Assembly (NCBI GenBank): GCA_964016885.1
Contig: OZ024740.1
Coordinates: 225,866,001-225,930,000, forward strand
DNA from: Eledone cirrhosa
Taxonomy: Eukaryota
Direction: 5' to 3'
Length of the DNA stretch: 64,000 nucleotides
Translations under genes and position numbers: made by a program
Shown here: positions 26,101 to 41,100 of the stretch, one piece after another
How positions within the stretch are numbered: position 1 is the stretch's first letter
How the letters are laid out: each line of letters opens with the position of its first letter
Notes under the pieces: generated by a model
The model's input: the letters and a program-made list of their open reading frames with translations, nothing else
The model's database searches: none
Told to the model about the DNA's origin: nothing

Positions 26101-29100
26101 TCTAACGATACTACCAATCTCTAACGATACTACCAATCTCTAACGATACTGCCAATCTCTAACGATACTGCCAATCTCTACCAATACTGCCAATCTCTAA
26201 CGATACTGCCAATCTCTAACGATACTGCCAATCTCTACTAATACTGCCAATCTCTAACGATACTGCCAATCTCTACCAATACTGCCAATCTCTAACGATA
26301 CTGCCAATCTCTAACGATACTGCCAATCTCTACCAATACTACCAATCTCTAACGATACTGCCAATCTCTAACGATACTGCCAGTCTCTAAAGATACTACC
26401 AATCTCTAACGATACTACCAATCTCTAACGATACTGCCAATCTCTAACGATACTACCAATCTCTAACGATACTGCCAATCTCTAAAGATACTGCCAGTCT
26501 CTATCGATACTTCCAACCTCTAACGATACTGCCAATCTCTAACGATACTGCCAACCTCTAACGATACTGCCAATCTCTAACGATACTGCCAATCTCTAAC
26601 GATACTACCAATCTCTAACGATACTGCCAATCTCTAACGATACTACCAATCTCTAACGATACTACCAATCTCAAACGATACTGCCAACCTCTAACGATAC
26701 TGCCAATCTCTAACGATACTGCCAATCTCTAACGATACTGCCAATCTCTACCAATACTGCCAATCTCTAACGATACTGCCAATCTCTAACGATACTACCA
26801 ATCTCTAACGATACTGCCAATCTCTAACGATACGGCCAGTCTCTATCGATACTTCCAACCTCTAACGATACTGCCAATCTCTAACGATACTACCAATCTC
26901 TAACGATACTACCAATCTCTAACGATACTGCCAACCTCTAACGATACTGCCAATCTATAACGATACTACCAATCTCTAACGATACTGCCAACCGCTAACG
27001 ATACTGCCAATCTCTAACGATACTGCCAATCTCTAACGATACTACCAATCTCTAACGATACTGCCAACCTCTAACGATACTGCCAATCTCTAACGATACT
27101 GCCAATCTCTAACGATACTACCAATCTCTAACGATACTGCCAACCTCTAACGATACTGCCAATCTCTAACGATACTGCCAATCTCTAACGATACTACCAG
27201 TCTCTAACGATACTGCCAGTCTCTAAGGATACTGCCAATCTCTAACGATACTACCAATCTCTAACGATACTGCCAATCTCTAACGATACTGCCAGTCTCT
27301 ATCGATACTTCCAACCTCTAACGATACTGCCAATCTCTAAAGATACTGCCAACCTCTAACGATACTGCCAATCACTAACGATACTGCCAGTCTCTAACGA
27401 TACTGCCAATCTCTATCAATACTGCCAATCTCTAACGATACTGCCAATCTCTAACGATACTGCCAATCTCTAACGATACTGCCAGTCTCTACCTATACTG
27501 CCAATCTCTATCGATACTGCCAACCTCTAACGATACTGCCAACCTCTAACGATACTGCCAATCACTAACGATACTGCCAGTCTCTAACGATACTGCCAAT
27601 CTCTATCGATACTACCAATCTCTAACGATACTGCCAATCTCTAACGATACTGCCAATCTCTAACGATACTGCCTGTCTCTACCAATACTGCCAATCTCTA
27701 ACGATACTTCCAACCTCTAACGATACTGCCAATCTCTAACGATACTACCAGTCTCTAACGATACTGCCAATCTCTAACGATACTGCCAATCTCTACCTAT
27801 ACTGCCAATCTCTACCTATACTGCCAATCTCTACCTATACTGCCAATCTCTAAGGATACTGCCAATCTCTAACGATACTGCCAATCTCTAACGATACTGC
27901 CAATCTCTAAGGATACTGCCAATCTCTACCTATACTGCCAATCTCTAAGGATACTGCCAATCTCTACCTATACTGCCAATCTCTACCTATACTGCCAATC
28001 TCTACCGATACTGCCAATCTCTACCTATACTGCCAATCTCTACCGATACTGCCAATCTCTACCTATACTGCCAATCTCTACCTATACTGCCAATCACTAA
28101 CGATACTGCCAATCTCTACCTATACTGCCAGTCTCTACCGATACTACCAATCTCTACCTATACTGCCAATCTCTAACGATACTGCCAATCTCTACCGATA
28201 CTGCCAATCTCTACCTATACTGCCAATCTCTACCTATACTGCCAATCTCTACCTATACTGCCAATCTCTAACGATACTACCAATCTCTAACGATACTGCC
28301 AATCTCTAACGATACTGCAAATCTCTACCGATACTGCCAATCTCTACCTATACTGCAAATCTCTAACGATACTGCCAATCTCTAACGATACTGCCAATCT
28401 CTACCTATACTGCCAGTCTCTACCGATACTACCAATCTCTACCTATACTACCAGTCTCTAACGATACTGCCAATCACTAACGATACTGCCAATCTCTAAC
28501 GATACTGCAAATCTCTAACGATACTGCCAATCTCTAACGATACTGCCAATCTCTACCAATACTGCTAGTCTCTACCGATACTGCCAATCTCTAACGATAC
28601 TGCCAATCTCTAACGATACTGCAAATCTCTAACGATACTGCCAATCTCTACCTATACTGCCAGTCTCTAACGATACTGCCAAACTCTACCTATACTGCCA
28701 ATCTCTAACGATACTGCCAATCTCTAACGATACTGCCAATCTCTAACGATACTGCCAATCTCTACCTATACTGCCAATCTCTAACGATACTGCCAATCTC
28801 TAACGATACTGCCAATCTCTACCTATACTGCCAGTCTCTAACGATACTGCCAGTCTCTAACGATACTGCCAATCTCTAACGATACTGCAAATCTCTAACG
28901 ATACTGCCAATCTCTACCTATACTGCCTGTCTCTAACGATACTGCCAATCTCTAACGATACTACCAATCTCTAACGATACTGCCAACCGCTAACGATACT
29001 GCCAATCTCTAACGATACTGCCAATCTCTAACGATACTACCAATCTCTAACGATACTGCCAACCTCTAACGATACTGCCAATCTCTAACGATACTGCCAA

Positions 29101-32100
29101 TCTCTAACGATACTACCAATCTCTAACGATACTGCCAACCTCTAACGATACTGCCAATCTCTAACGATACTGCCAATCTCTAACGATACTACCAGTCTCT
29201 AACGATACTGCCAGTCTCTAAGGATACTGCCAATCTCTAACGATACTACCAATCTCTAACGATACTGCCAATCTCTAACGATACTGCCAGTCTCTATCGA
29301 TACTTCCAACCTCTAACGATACTGCCAATCTCTAAAGATACTGCCAACCTCTAACGATACTGCCAATCACTAACGATACTGCCAGTCTCTAACGATACTG
29401 CCAATCTCTATCAATACTGCCAATCTCTAACGATACTGCCAATCTCTAACGATACTGCCAATCTCTAACGATACTGCCAGTCTCTACCTATACTGCCAAT
29501 CTCTATCGATACTGCCAACCTCTAACGATACTGCCAACCTCTAACGATACTGCCAATCACTAACGATACTGCCAGTCTCTAACGATACTGCCAATCTCTA
29601 TCGATACTACCAATCTCTAACGATACTGCCAATCTCTAACGATACTGCCAATCTCTAACGATACTGCCTGTCTCTACCAATACTGCCAATCTCTAACGAT
29701 ACTTCCAACCTCTAACGATACTGCCAATCTCTAACGATACTACCAGTCTCTAACGATACTGCCAATCTCTAACGATACTGCCAATCTCTACCTATACTGC
29801 CAATCTCTACCTATACTGCCAATCTCTACCTATACTGCCAATCTCTAAGGATACTGCCAATCTCTAACGATACTGCCAATCTCTAACGATACTGCCAATC
29901 TCTAAGGATACTGCCAATCTCTACCTATACTGCCAATCTCTAAGGATACTGCCAATCTCTACCTATACTGCCAATCTCTACCTATACTGCCAATCTCTAC
30001 CGATACTGCCAATCTCTACCTATACTGCCAATCTCTACCGATACTGCCAATCTCTACCTATACTGCCAATCTCTACCTATACTGCCAATCACTAACGATA
30101 CTGCCAATCTCTACCTATACTGCCAGTCTCTACCGATACTACCAATCTCTACCTATACTGCCAATCTCTAACGATACTGCCAATCTCTACCGATACTGCC
30201 AATCTCTACCTATACTGCCAATCTCTACCTATACTGCCAATCTCTACCTATACTGCCAATCTCTAACGATACTACCAATCTCTAACGATACTGCCAATCT
30301 CTAACGATACTGCAAATCTCTACCGATACTGCCAATCTCTACCTATACTGCAAATCTCTAACGATACTGCCAATCTCTAACGATACTGCCAATCTCTACC
30401 TATACTGCCAGTCTCTACCGATACTACCAATCTCTACCTATACTACCAGTCTCTAACGATACTGCCAATCACTAACGATACTGCCAATCTCTAACGATAC
30501 TGCAAATCTCTAACGATACTGCCAATCTCTAACGATACTGCCAATCTCTACCAATACTGCTAGTCTCTACCGATACTGCCAATCTCTAACGATACTGCCA
30601 ATCTCTAACGATACTGCAAATCTCTAACGATACTGCCAATCTCTACCTATACTGCCAGTCTCTAACGATACTGCCAACCTCTACCTATACTGCCAATCTC
30701 TAACGATACTGCCAATCTCTAACGATACTGCCAATCTCTAACGATACTGCCAATCTCTACCTATACTGCCAATCTCTAACGATACTGCCAATCTCTAACG
30801 ATACTGCCAATCTCTACCTATACTGCCAGTCTCTAACGATACTGCCAGTCTCTAACGATACTGCCAATCTCTAACGATACTGCAAATCTCTAACGATACT
30901 GCCAATCTCTACCTATACTGCCTGTCTCTAACGATACTGCCAATCTCTAACGATACTACCAATCTCTAACGATACTGCCAATCTCTAACGATACTGCCAG
31001 TCTCTAACGATACTGCCAGTCTCTAAGGATACTGCCAATCTCTAACGATACTGCCAATCTCTAACGATACTGCCAGTCTCTAAGGATACTGCCAGTCTCT
31101 ACCTATACTGCCAATCTCTAACGATACTGCCAGTCTCTACCTATAGTGCCAATCTCTAACGTTACAGCCAATCTCTAACGATACTGCCAATCTCTACCTA
31201 TACTGCCAATCTCTACCTATACTGCCAATCTCTACCTATACTGCCAATCTCTACCTATACTGCCAATCTCTAACGATACTGCCAATCTCTAACGATACTG
31301 CCAATCTCTAACGATACTGCCAATCTCTAACGATACTGCCAATCTCTACCTATACTGCCAATCTCTACCTATACTGCCAATCTCTACCTATACTGCCAAT
31401 CTCTACCTATACTGCCAATCTCTAAGGATACTGCCAATCTCTAACGATACTGCCAATCTCTAACGATACTGTCAATCACTACCGATACTGCCAATCTCTA
31501 ACGATACAGCCAATCTCTAACGATACTGCCAGTCTCTAACGATACTGCCAATCTCTACCTATACTGCCAATCTCTAAGGATACTGCCAATCTTTAACGAT
31601 ACTGCCAGTCTCTACCTATACTGCCAATCTCTAACGATACTGCCAATCTCTAACGATACTGCCAGTCTCTACCTATACTGCCAATCTCTAACGATACTGG
31701 CAACCTCTAACGATACTGCCAATCTCTACCGATACTGCCAACCTCTACCGATACTGCCAATCTCTAACGATACTGCCAATCTCTAACGATACTGCCAATC
31801 TCTAACGATACTGCCAATCTCTACCGATACTGCCAGTCTCTACCTATACTGCCAATCTGTACCTATACTGCCAATCTCTAACGATACTGCCAATCTCTAC
31901 CTATACTGCCAATCTCTAACGATACTGCCAATCTCTAACGATACTGCCAATCTCTACCTATACTGCCAATCTCTACCTATACTGCCAATCTCTACCTATA
32001 CTGCCAATCTCTACCTATACTGCCAATCTCTAAGGATACTGCCAATCACTAACGATACTGCCAATCTCTAACGATACTGCCAATCTCGACCTATACTTCC

Positions 32101-35100
32101 AACCTCTAACGATACTGCCAATCTCTAACGATACTGCCAATCTCTAACGATACTGCCAATCTCTAACGATACTGCCAGTCTCAAAGATACTACCAGTCTC
32201 AAAGATACTACCAGTCTCTAACGATACTGCCAATCTCTAACGATACTGCCAGTCTCAAAGATACTACCAGTCTCTAACGATACTACCAATCTCTAACGAT
32301 ACTGCCAGTCTCTAACGATACTGCCAGTCTCTAACGATACTGCCAATCTCTAACGATACTGCCAATATCTAACGATACTGCCAATCTCTAACGATACTGC
32401 CAATCACTAACGATACTGCCAATCTCTAACGATACTGCCAATCTCTAACGATACTACCAGTCTCTAACGATACTGCCAATCTCTAACGATACTGCCAATC
32501 TCTAACGATACTGCCAGTCTCAAAGATACTGCCAGTCTCTACCGATACTGCCAATCTCTAACGATACTGCCAGTCTCTACCGATACTGCCAATCTCTAAC
32601 GATACTGCCAGTCTCTAACGATACTACCAATCTCTAACGATACTGCCAATCTCTAACTATACTGCCAGTCTCTACCGATACTGCCAGTCTCAAAGATACT
32701 ACCAGTCTCTAACGATACTGCCAATCTCTAACGATACTGCCAGTCTCAAAGATACTGCCAGTCTCTACCGATACTGCCAATCTCTAACGATACTGCCAGT
32801 CTCTAACGACACTGCCAATCTCTAACGATACTGCCAGTCTCTAACGATACTACCAATCTCTACCGATACTGCCAACCTCTAACGATACTGCCAATCTCTA
32901 ACGATACTGCCAATCTCTAACGATACTGCCAGTCTCTACCGATACTGCCAATCTCTAACGATACTGCCAGTCTCTAACGATACTGCCAATCTCTACCGAT
33001 ACTGCCAGTCTCTAACGATACTACCAATCTCTACCGATACGGCCAATCTCTACCGATACTGCCAATCTCTAACGATACTGCCAACCTCTAACGATACTGC
33101 CAATCTCTAACGATACTTCCAACCTCTAACGATACTGCCAATCTCTAACGATACTTCCAACCTCTAACGATACTGCCAGTCTCTAACGATACTGCCAATC
33201 TCTACCAATACTGCCAATCTCTACCAATACTACCAATCTCTAACGATACTGCCAATCTCTAACGATACTGCCAATCTCTAACGATACTGCCAGTCTCTAT
33301 CGATACTTCCAACCTCTAACGATACTGCCAATCTCTAACGATACTGCCAGTCTCTATCGATACTTCCAACCTTTAACGATACTGCCAATCTCTAACGATA
33401 CTGCCAGTCTCTATCGATACTTCCAACCTCTACCGATACTGCCAATCTCTAACGATACTGCCAACCTCTAAAGATACTGCCAATCTCTAACGATACTGCC
33501 AATCTCTAACGATACTGCCAGTCTCTACCTGTACTGCCAATCTCTAACGATACTACCAGTCTCTACCGATGCTGCCAATCTCTAACGATACTGCCAATCT
33601 CTAACGATACTACCAATCTCTAACGATACTGCCAATCTCTAACGATACTACCAATCTCTAACGATACTGCCAATCTCTAACGATACTACCAATCTCTAAC
33701 GATACTGCCAATCTCTAACGATACTACCAATCTCTAACGATACTGCCAATCTCTAACGATACTACCAGTCTCTACCTATACTGCCAATCTCTAACGATAC
33801 TACCAATCTCTAACGATACTGCCAGTCTCTAAGGATACTGCAATATCTCTACCTATACTGCCAATCTCTAACGATACTGCCAGTCTCTAAGGATACTGCC
33901 AGTCTCTACCTATACTGCCAATCTCTAACGATACTGCCAGTCTCTACCTATACTGCCAATCTCAAACGTTACAGCCAATCTCTAACGATACTGCCAATCT
34001 CTACCTATACTGGCAATCTCTACCTATACTGCCAATCACTACCTATACTGCCAATCTCTACCTATACTGCCAATCTCTAAGGATACTGCCAATCTCTAAC
34101 GATACTGCCAATCTCTAAGGATACTGCCAATCTCTAACGATACTGCCAATCTCTACCTATACTGCCAATCTCTACCTATACTGCTAATCTCTACCTATAC
34201 TGCCAATCTCTACCTATACTCCCAATCTCTAAGGATACTGCCAATCTCTAACGATACTGCCAATCTCTAACGATACTGCCAATCTCTAACGATACTGCCA
34301 GTCTCAAAGATGCTACCAGTCTCAAAGATACTAACAGTCTCTAACGATACTGCCAATCTCTAACGATACTGCCAGTCTCAAAGATACTACCAGTCTCTAA
34401 CGATACTACCAATCGCTAACGATACTGCCAGTCTCTAACGATACTGCCAGTCTCTAACGATACTGCCAATATCTAACGATACTGCCAATCTCTAACGATA
34501 CTGCCAATCTCTAACGATACTGCCAATCTCTAACGATACTGCCAATCTCTAACGATACTGCCAATCACTAACGATACTGCCAATCTCTAAGGATACTGCC
34601 AATCTCTAACGATACTGCCAGTCTCTAACGATACTGCCATTCTCTAACGATACTGCCAATCTCTACCGATACTGCCAATCTCTAACGATACTGCCAGTCT
34701 CAAAGATACTGCCAGTCTCTAACGATACTACCAATCGCTAACGATACTGCCAGTCTCTAACGATACTGCCAGTCTCTAACGATACTGCCAATATCTAACG
34801 ATACTGCCAATCTCTAACGATACTGCCAATCACTAACGATACTGCCAATCTCTAACGATACTGCCAATCTCTAACGATACTGCCAATCACTAACGATACT
34901 GCCAATCTCTAAGGATACTGCCAATCTCTAACGATACTGCCAGTCTCTAACGATACTGCCATTCTCTAACGATACTGCCAATCTCTACCGATACTGCCAA
35001 TCTCTAACGATACTGCCAGTCTCAAAGATACTGCCAGTCTCTACCGATACTGCCAATCTCTAACGATACTTCCAGTCTCTACCGATACTGCCAATCTCTA

Positions 35101-38100
35101 ACGATACTGCCAGTCTCTAACGATACTGCCAATCTCTACCGATACTGCCAGTCTCTAACGATACTACCAATCTCTACCGATACTGCCAATCTCTACCGAT
35201 ACTGCCAATCTCTAACGATACTGCCAACCTCTAACGATACTGCCAATCTCTAACGATACTGCCAATCTCTAACGATACTGCCAGTCTCTACCGATACTGC
35301 CAATCTCTACCGATACTGCCAATCTCTAACGATACTGCCAGTCTCAAAGATACTGCCAGTCTCTACCGATACTGCCAATCTCTAACGATACTGCCAGTCT
35401 CTACCGATACTGCCAATCTCTAACGATACTGCCAGTCTCTAACGATACTGCCAATCTCTACCGATACTGCCAGTCTCTAACGATACTACCAATCTCTACC
35501 GATACTGCCAATCTCTACCGATACTGCCAATCTCTACCTATACTGGCAATCTCTACCTATACTGCCAATCACTACCTATACTGCCAATCTCTACCTATAC
35601 TGCCAATCTCTAAGGATACTGCCAATCTCTAACGATACTGCCAATCTCTAAGGATACTGCCAATCTCTAACGATACTGCCAATCTCTACCTATACTGCCA
35701 ATCTCTACCTATACTGCTAATCTCTACCTATACTGCCAATCTCTACCTATACTCCCAATCTCTAAGGATACTGCCAATCTCTAACGATACTGCCAATCTC
35801 TAACGATACTGCCAATCTCTACCGATACTGCCAATCTCTACCTATACTGCCAATCTCTAAGGATACTGCCAATCTCTAACGATACTACCAGTCTCTACCT
35901 ATACTGCCAATCTCTAACGATACTGCCAATCTCTAACGATACTGCCAATCTCTACCTATACTGCCAATCTCTAACGATACTGCCAACCTCTAACGATACT
36001 GCCAATCTCTACCGATACTGCCAACATCTACCGATACTGCCAATCTCTAACGATACTGCCAATCTCTAACGATACTGCCAATCTCTAACGATACTGCCAA
36101 TCTCTACCGATACTGCCAGTCTCTACCTATACTGCCAATCTCTACCTATACTGCCAATCTCTAACGATACTGCCAATCTCTACCTATACTGCCAATCTCT
36201 ACCTATACTGCCAATCTCTAACGATACTGCCAATCTCTACCTATACTGCCAATCTCTAACGATACTGCCAATCTCTAACGATACTGCCAATCTCTACCTA
36301 TACTGCCAATCTCTACCTATACTGCCAATCTCTACCTATACTGCCAATATCTACCTATATTGCCAATCTCTAAGGATACTGCCAATCACTAGCGATACTG
36401 CCAATCTCTAACGATACTGCCAATCTCGACCTATACTGCCACCCTCTAACGATACTGCCAATCTCTAACGATACTGCCAATCTCTAACGATACTGCCAAT
36501 CTCTAACGATACTGCCAGTCTCAAAGATGCTACCAGTCTCAAAGATACTACCAGTCTCTAACGATACTGCCAATCTCTAACGATACTGCCAGTCTCAAAG
36601 ATACTACCAGTCTCTAACGATACTACCAATCGCTAACGATACTGCCAGTCTCTAACGATACTGCCAGTCTCTAACGATACTGCCAATATCTAACGATACT
36701 GCCAATCTCTAACGATACTGCCAATCTCTAACGATACTGCCAATCTCTAACGATACTGCCAATCTCTAACGATACTGCCAATCACTAACGATACTGCCAA
36801 TCTCTAAGGATACTGCCAATCTCTAACGATACTACCAGTCTCTAACGATACTGCCATTCTCTAACGATACTGCCAATCTCTACCGATACTGCCAATCTCT
36901 AACGATACTGCCAGTCTCAAAGATACTGCCAGTCTCTAACGATACTACCAATCGCTAACGATACTGCCAGTCTCTAACGATACTGCCAGTCTCTAACGAT
37001 ACTGCCAATATCTAACGATACTGCCAATCTCTAACGATACTGCCAATCACTAACGATACTGCCAATCTCTAACGATACTGCCAATCTCTAACGATACTGC
37101 CAATCACTAACGATACTGCCAATCTCTAAGGATACTGCCAATCTCTAACGATACTGCCAGTCTCTAACGATACTGCCATTCTCTAACGATACTGCCAATC
37201 TCTACCGATACTGCCAATCTCTAACGATACTGCCAGTCTCAAAGATACTGCCAGTCTCTACCGATACTGCCAATCTCTAACGATACTTCCAGTCTCTACC
37301 GATACTGCCAATCTCTAACGATACTGCCAGTCTCTAACGATACTGCCAATCTCTACCGATACTGCCAGTCTCTAACGATACTACCAATCTCTACCGATAC
37401 TGCCAATCTCTACCGATACTGCCAATCTCTAACGATACTGCCAACCTCTAACGATACTGCCAATCTCTAACGATACTGCCAATCTCTAACGATACTGCCA
37501 GTCTCTACCGATACTGCCAATCTCTACCGATACTGCCAATCTCTAACGATACTGCCAGTCTCAAAGATACTGCCAGTCTCTACCGATACTGCCAATCTCT
37601 AACGATACTGCCAGTCTCTACCGATACTGCCAATCTCTAACGATACTGCCAGTCTCTAACGATACTGCCAATCTCTACCGATACTGCCAGTCTCTAACGA
37701 TACTACCAATCTCTACCGATACTGCCAATCTCTACCGATACTGCCAATCTCTAACGATACTGCCAACCTCTAACGATACTGCCAATCTCTACCGATACTG
37801 CCAATCTCTACCGATACTGCCAATCTCTAACGATACTGCCAGTCTCTAACGATACTGCCAATATCTAACGATACTGCCAATCTCTAACGATACTGCCAAT
37901 CACTAACGATACTGCCAATCTCTAACGATACTGCCAATCTCTAACGATACTTCCAACCTCTAACGATACTGCCAATCTCTAACGATACTTCCAACCTCTA
38001 ACGATACTGCCAATCTCTAACGATACTTCCAACCTCTAACGATACTGCCAATCTCTAACGATACTGCCAATCTCTAACGATACTGCCAATCTCTAACGAT

Positions 38101-41100
38101 ACTGCCAATCTCTAATGATACTGCCAATCTCTACCTATACTGCCAATCTCTAACGATACTGCCAATCTCTAACGATACTACCAATCTCTAGCGATACTGC
38201 CAATCTCTAACGATACTGCCAATCTCTAACGATACTGCCAATCTCTAACGATACTGCCAATCTCTACCTATACTGCCAATCTCTAACGATACTGCCAATC
38301 TCTAACGATACTGCCAATCTCTAACGATACTGCCTGTCTCTACCTATACTGCCAATCTCTAACGATACTGCCAATCTCTAACGATACTGCCAATCTCTAA
38401 CGATACTGCCAATCTCTAACGATACTGCCAGTCTCTATCGATACTTCCAACCTCTAACGATACTGCCAATCTCTAACGATACTGCCAGTCTCTATCGATA
38501 CTTCCAACCTCTAACGATACTGCCAATCTCTAACGATACTGCCAGTCTCTACCTGTACTGCCAATCTCTAACGATACTGCCAGTCTCTATCGATACTTCC
38601 AACCTCTAACGATACTGCCAATCTCTAACGATACTGCCAGTCTCTATCGACACTTCCAACCTCTAACGATACTGCCAATCTCTAACGATACTGCCAACCT
38701 CTAACGATACTGCCAATCTCTAACGATACTGCCAATCTCTAACGATACTGCCAGTCTCTACCTGTACTGCCAATCTCTAACAATACTACCAGTCTCTACC
38801 GATACTGCCAATCTCTAACGATACTGCCAATCTCTAACGATACTACCAATCTCTAACGATACTGCCAATCTCTAACGATACTACCAATCTCTAACGATAC
38901 TGCCAATCTCTAACGATACTACCAATCTCTAACGATACTGCCAATCTCTAACAATACTACCAATCTCTAACGATACTGCCAATCTCTAACGATACTACCA
39001 GTCTCTACCTATACTGCCAATCTCTAACGATACTACCAATCTCTAACGATACTGCCAACCTCTAACGATACTGCCAATCTCTAACGATACTGCCAATCTC
39101 TAACGATACTGCCAGTCTCTAACGATACTGCCAATCTCTATCGATACTGCCAATATCTAACGATACTGCCAATCTCTAACGATACTGCCAATCACTAACG
39201 ATACTGCCAATCTCTAACGATACTGCCAATCTCTAACGATACTACCAGTCTCTAACGATACTGCCAATCTCTAACGATACTGCCAATCTCTAACGATACT
39301 GCCAGTCTCAAAGATACTGCCAGTCTCTACCGATACTGCCAATCTCTAACGATACTGCCAGTCTCTACCGATACTGCCAATCTCTAACGATACTGCCAGT
39401 ATCTAACGATACTGCCAATCTCTACCGATACTGCCAGTCTCTAACGATACTACCAATCTCTACCGATACTGCCAATCTCTACCGATACTGCCAATCTCTA
39501 ACGATACTGCCAACCTCTAACGATACTGCCAATCTCTAACGATACTGCCAATCTCTAACGATACTGCCAGTCTCTACCGATACTGCCAATCTCTAACGAT
39601 ACTGCCAATCTCTAACGATACTTCCAACCTCTAACGATACTGCCAGTCTCTAACGATACTGCCAATCTCTAACGATACTGCCAATCTCTAACGATACTTC
39701 CAACCTCTACCTATACTGCCAGTCTCTAACGATACTGCCAATCTCTACCGATACTGCCAGTCTCTAACGATACTGCCAATCTCTATCGATACATCCAACC
39801 TCTAACGATACTGCCAGTCTCTACCTATACTGCCAATCTCTACCGATACTGCCAAACTCTACCGATACTGCCAATCTCTAACGATACTGCCAACCTCTAA
39901 CGATACTGCCAATCTCTAACGATACTTCCAACCTCTAACGATACTGCCAATCTCTAACGATACTTCCAACCTCTAACGATACTGCCAGTCTCTAACGATA
40001 CTGCCAATCTCTACCAATACTGCCAATCTCTACCAATACTACCAATCTCTAACGATACTGCCAATCTCTAACGATACTGCCAATCTGTAACGATACTGCC
40101 AATCTCTAACGATACTGCCAGTCTCTATCGATACTTCCAACCTCTAACGATACTGCCAATCTCTAACGATACTGCCAGTCTTTATCGATACTTCCAACCT
40201 CTAACGATACTGCCAATCTCTAACGATACTGCCAGTCTCTATCGATACTTCCAACCTCTAACGATACTGCCAATCTCTAACGATACTGCCAACCTCTAAC
40301 GATACTGCCAATCTCTAACGATACTGCCAATCTCTAACGATACTGCCAGTCTCTACCTGTACTGCCAATCTCTAACGATACTACCAGTCTCTACCGATAC
40401 TGCCAATCTCTAACGATACTGCCAATCTCTAACGATACTACCAATCTCTAACGATACTGCCAATCTCTAACGATACAACCAATCTCTAACGATACAGCCA
40501 ATCTCTAACGATACTACCAATCTCTAACGATACTGCCAATCTCTAACGATACTACCAATCTCTAACGATACTGCCAATCTCTAACGATACTACCAGTCTC
40601 TACCTATACTGCCAATCTCTAACGATACTACCAATCACTAACGATACTGCCAGTCTCTAAGGATACTGCCAATCTCTACCTATACTGCCAATCTCTAACG
40701 ATACTGCCAGTCTCTAAGGATACTGCCAGTCTCTACCTATACTGCCAATCTCTAACGATACTGCCAGTCTCTACCTATACTGCCACTCTCAAACGTTACA
40801 GCCAATCTCTAACGATACTGCCAATCTCTACCTATACTGCCAATCTCTACCTATACTGCCAATCACTACCTATACTGCCAATCTCTACCTATACTGCCAA
40901 TCTCTAAGGATACTGCCAATCTCTAACGATACTGCCAATCTCTAACGATACAGCCAATCTCTAACGATACTGCCAATCTCTACCTATACTGCCAATCTCT
41001 ACCTATACTGCCAATCTCTACCTATACTGCCAATCTCTACCTATACTCCCAATCTCTAAGGATACTGCCAATCTCTAACGATACTGCCAATCTCTAACGA

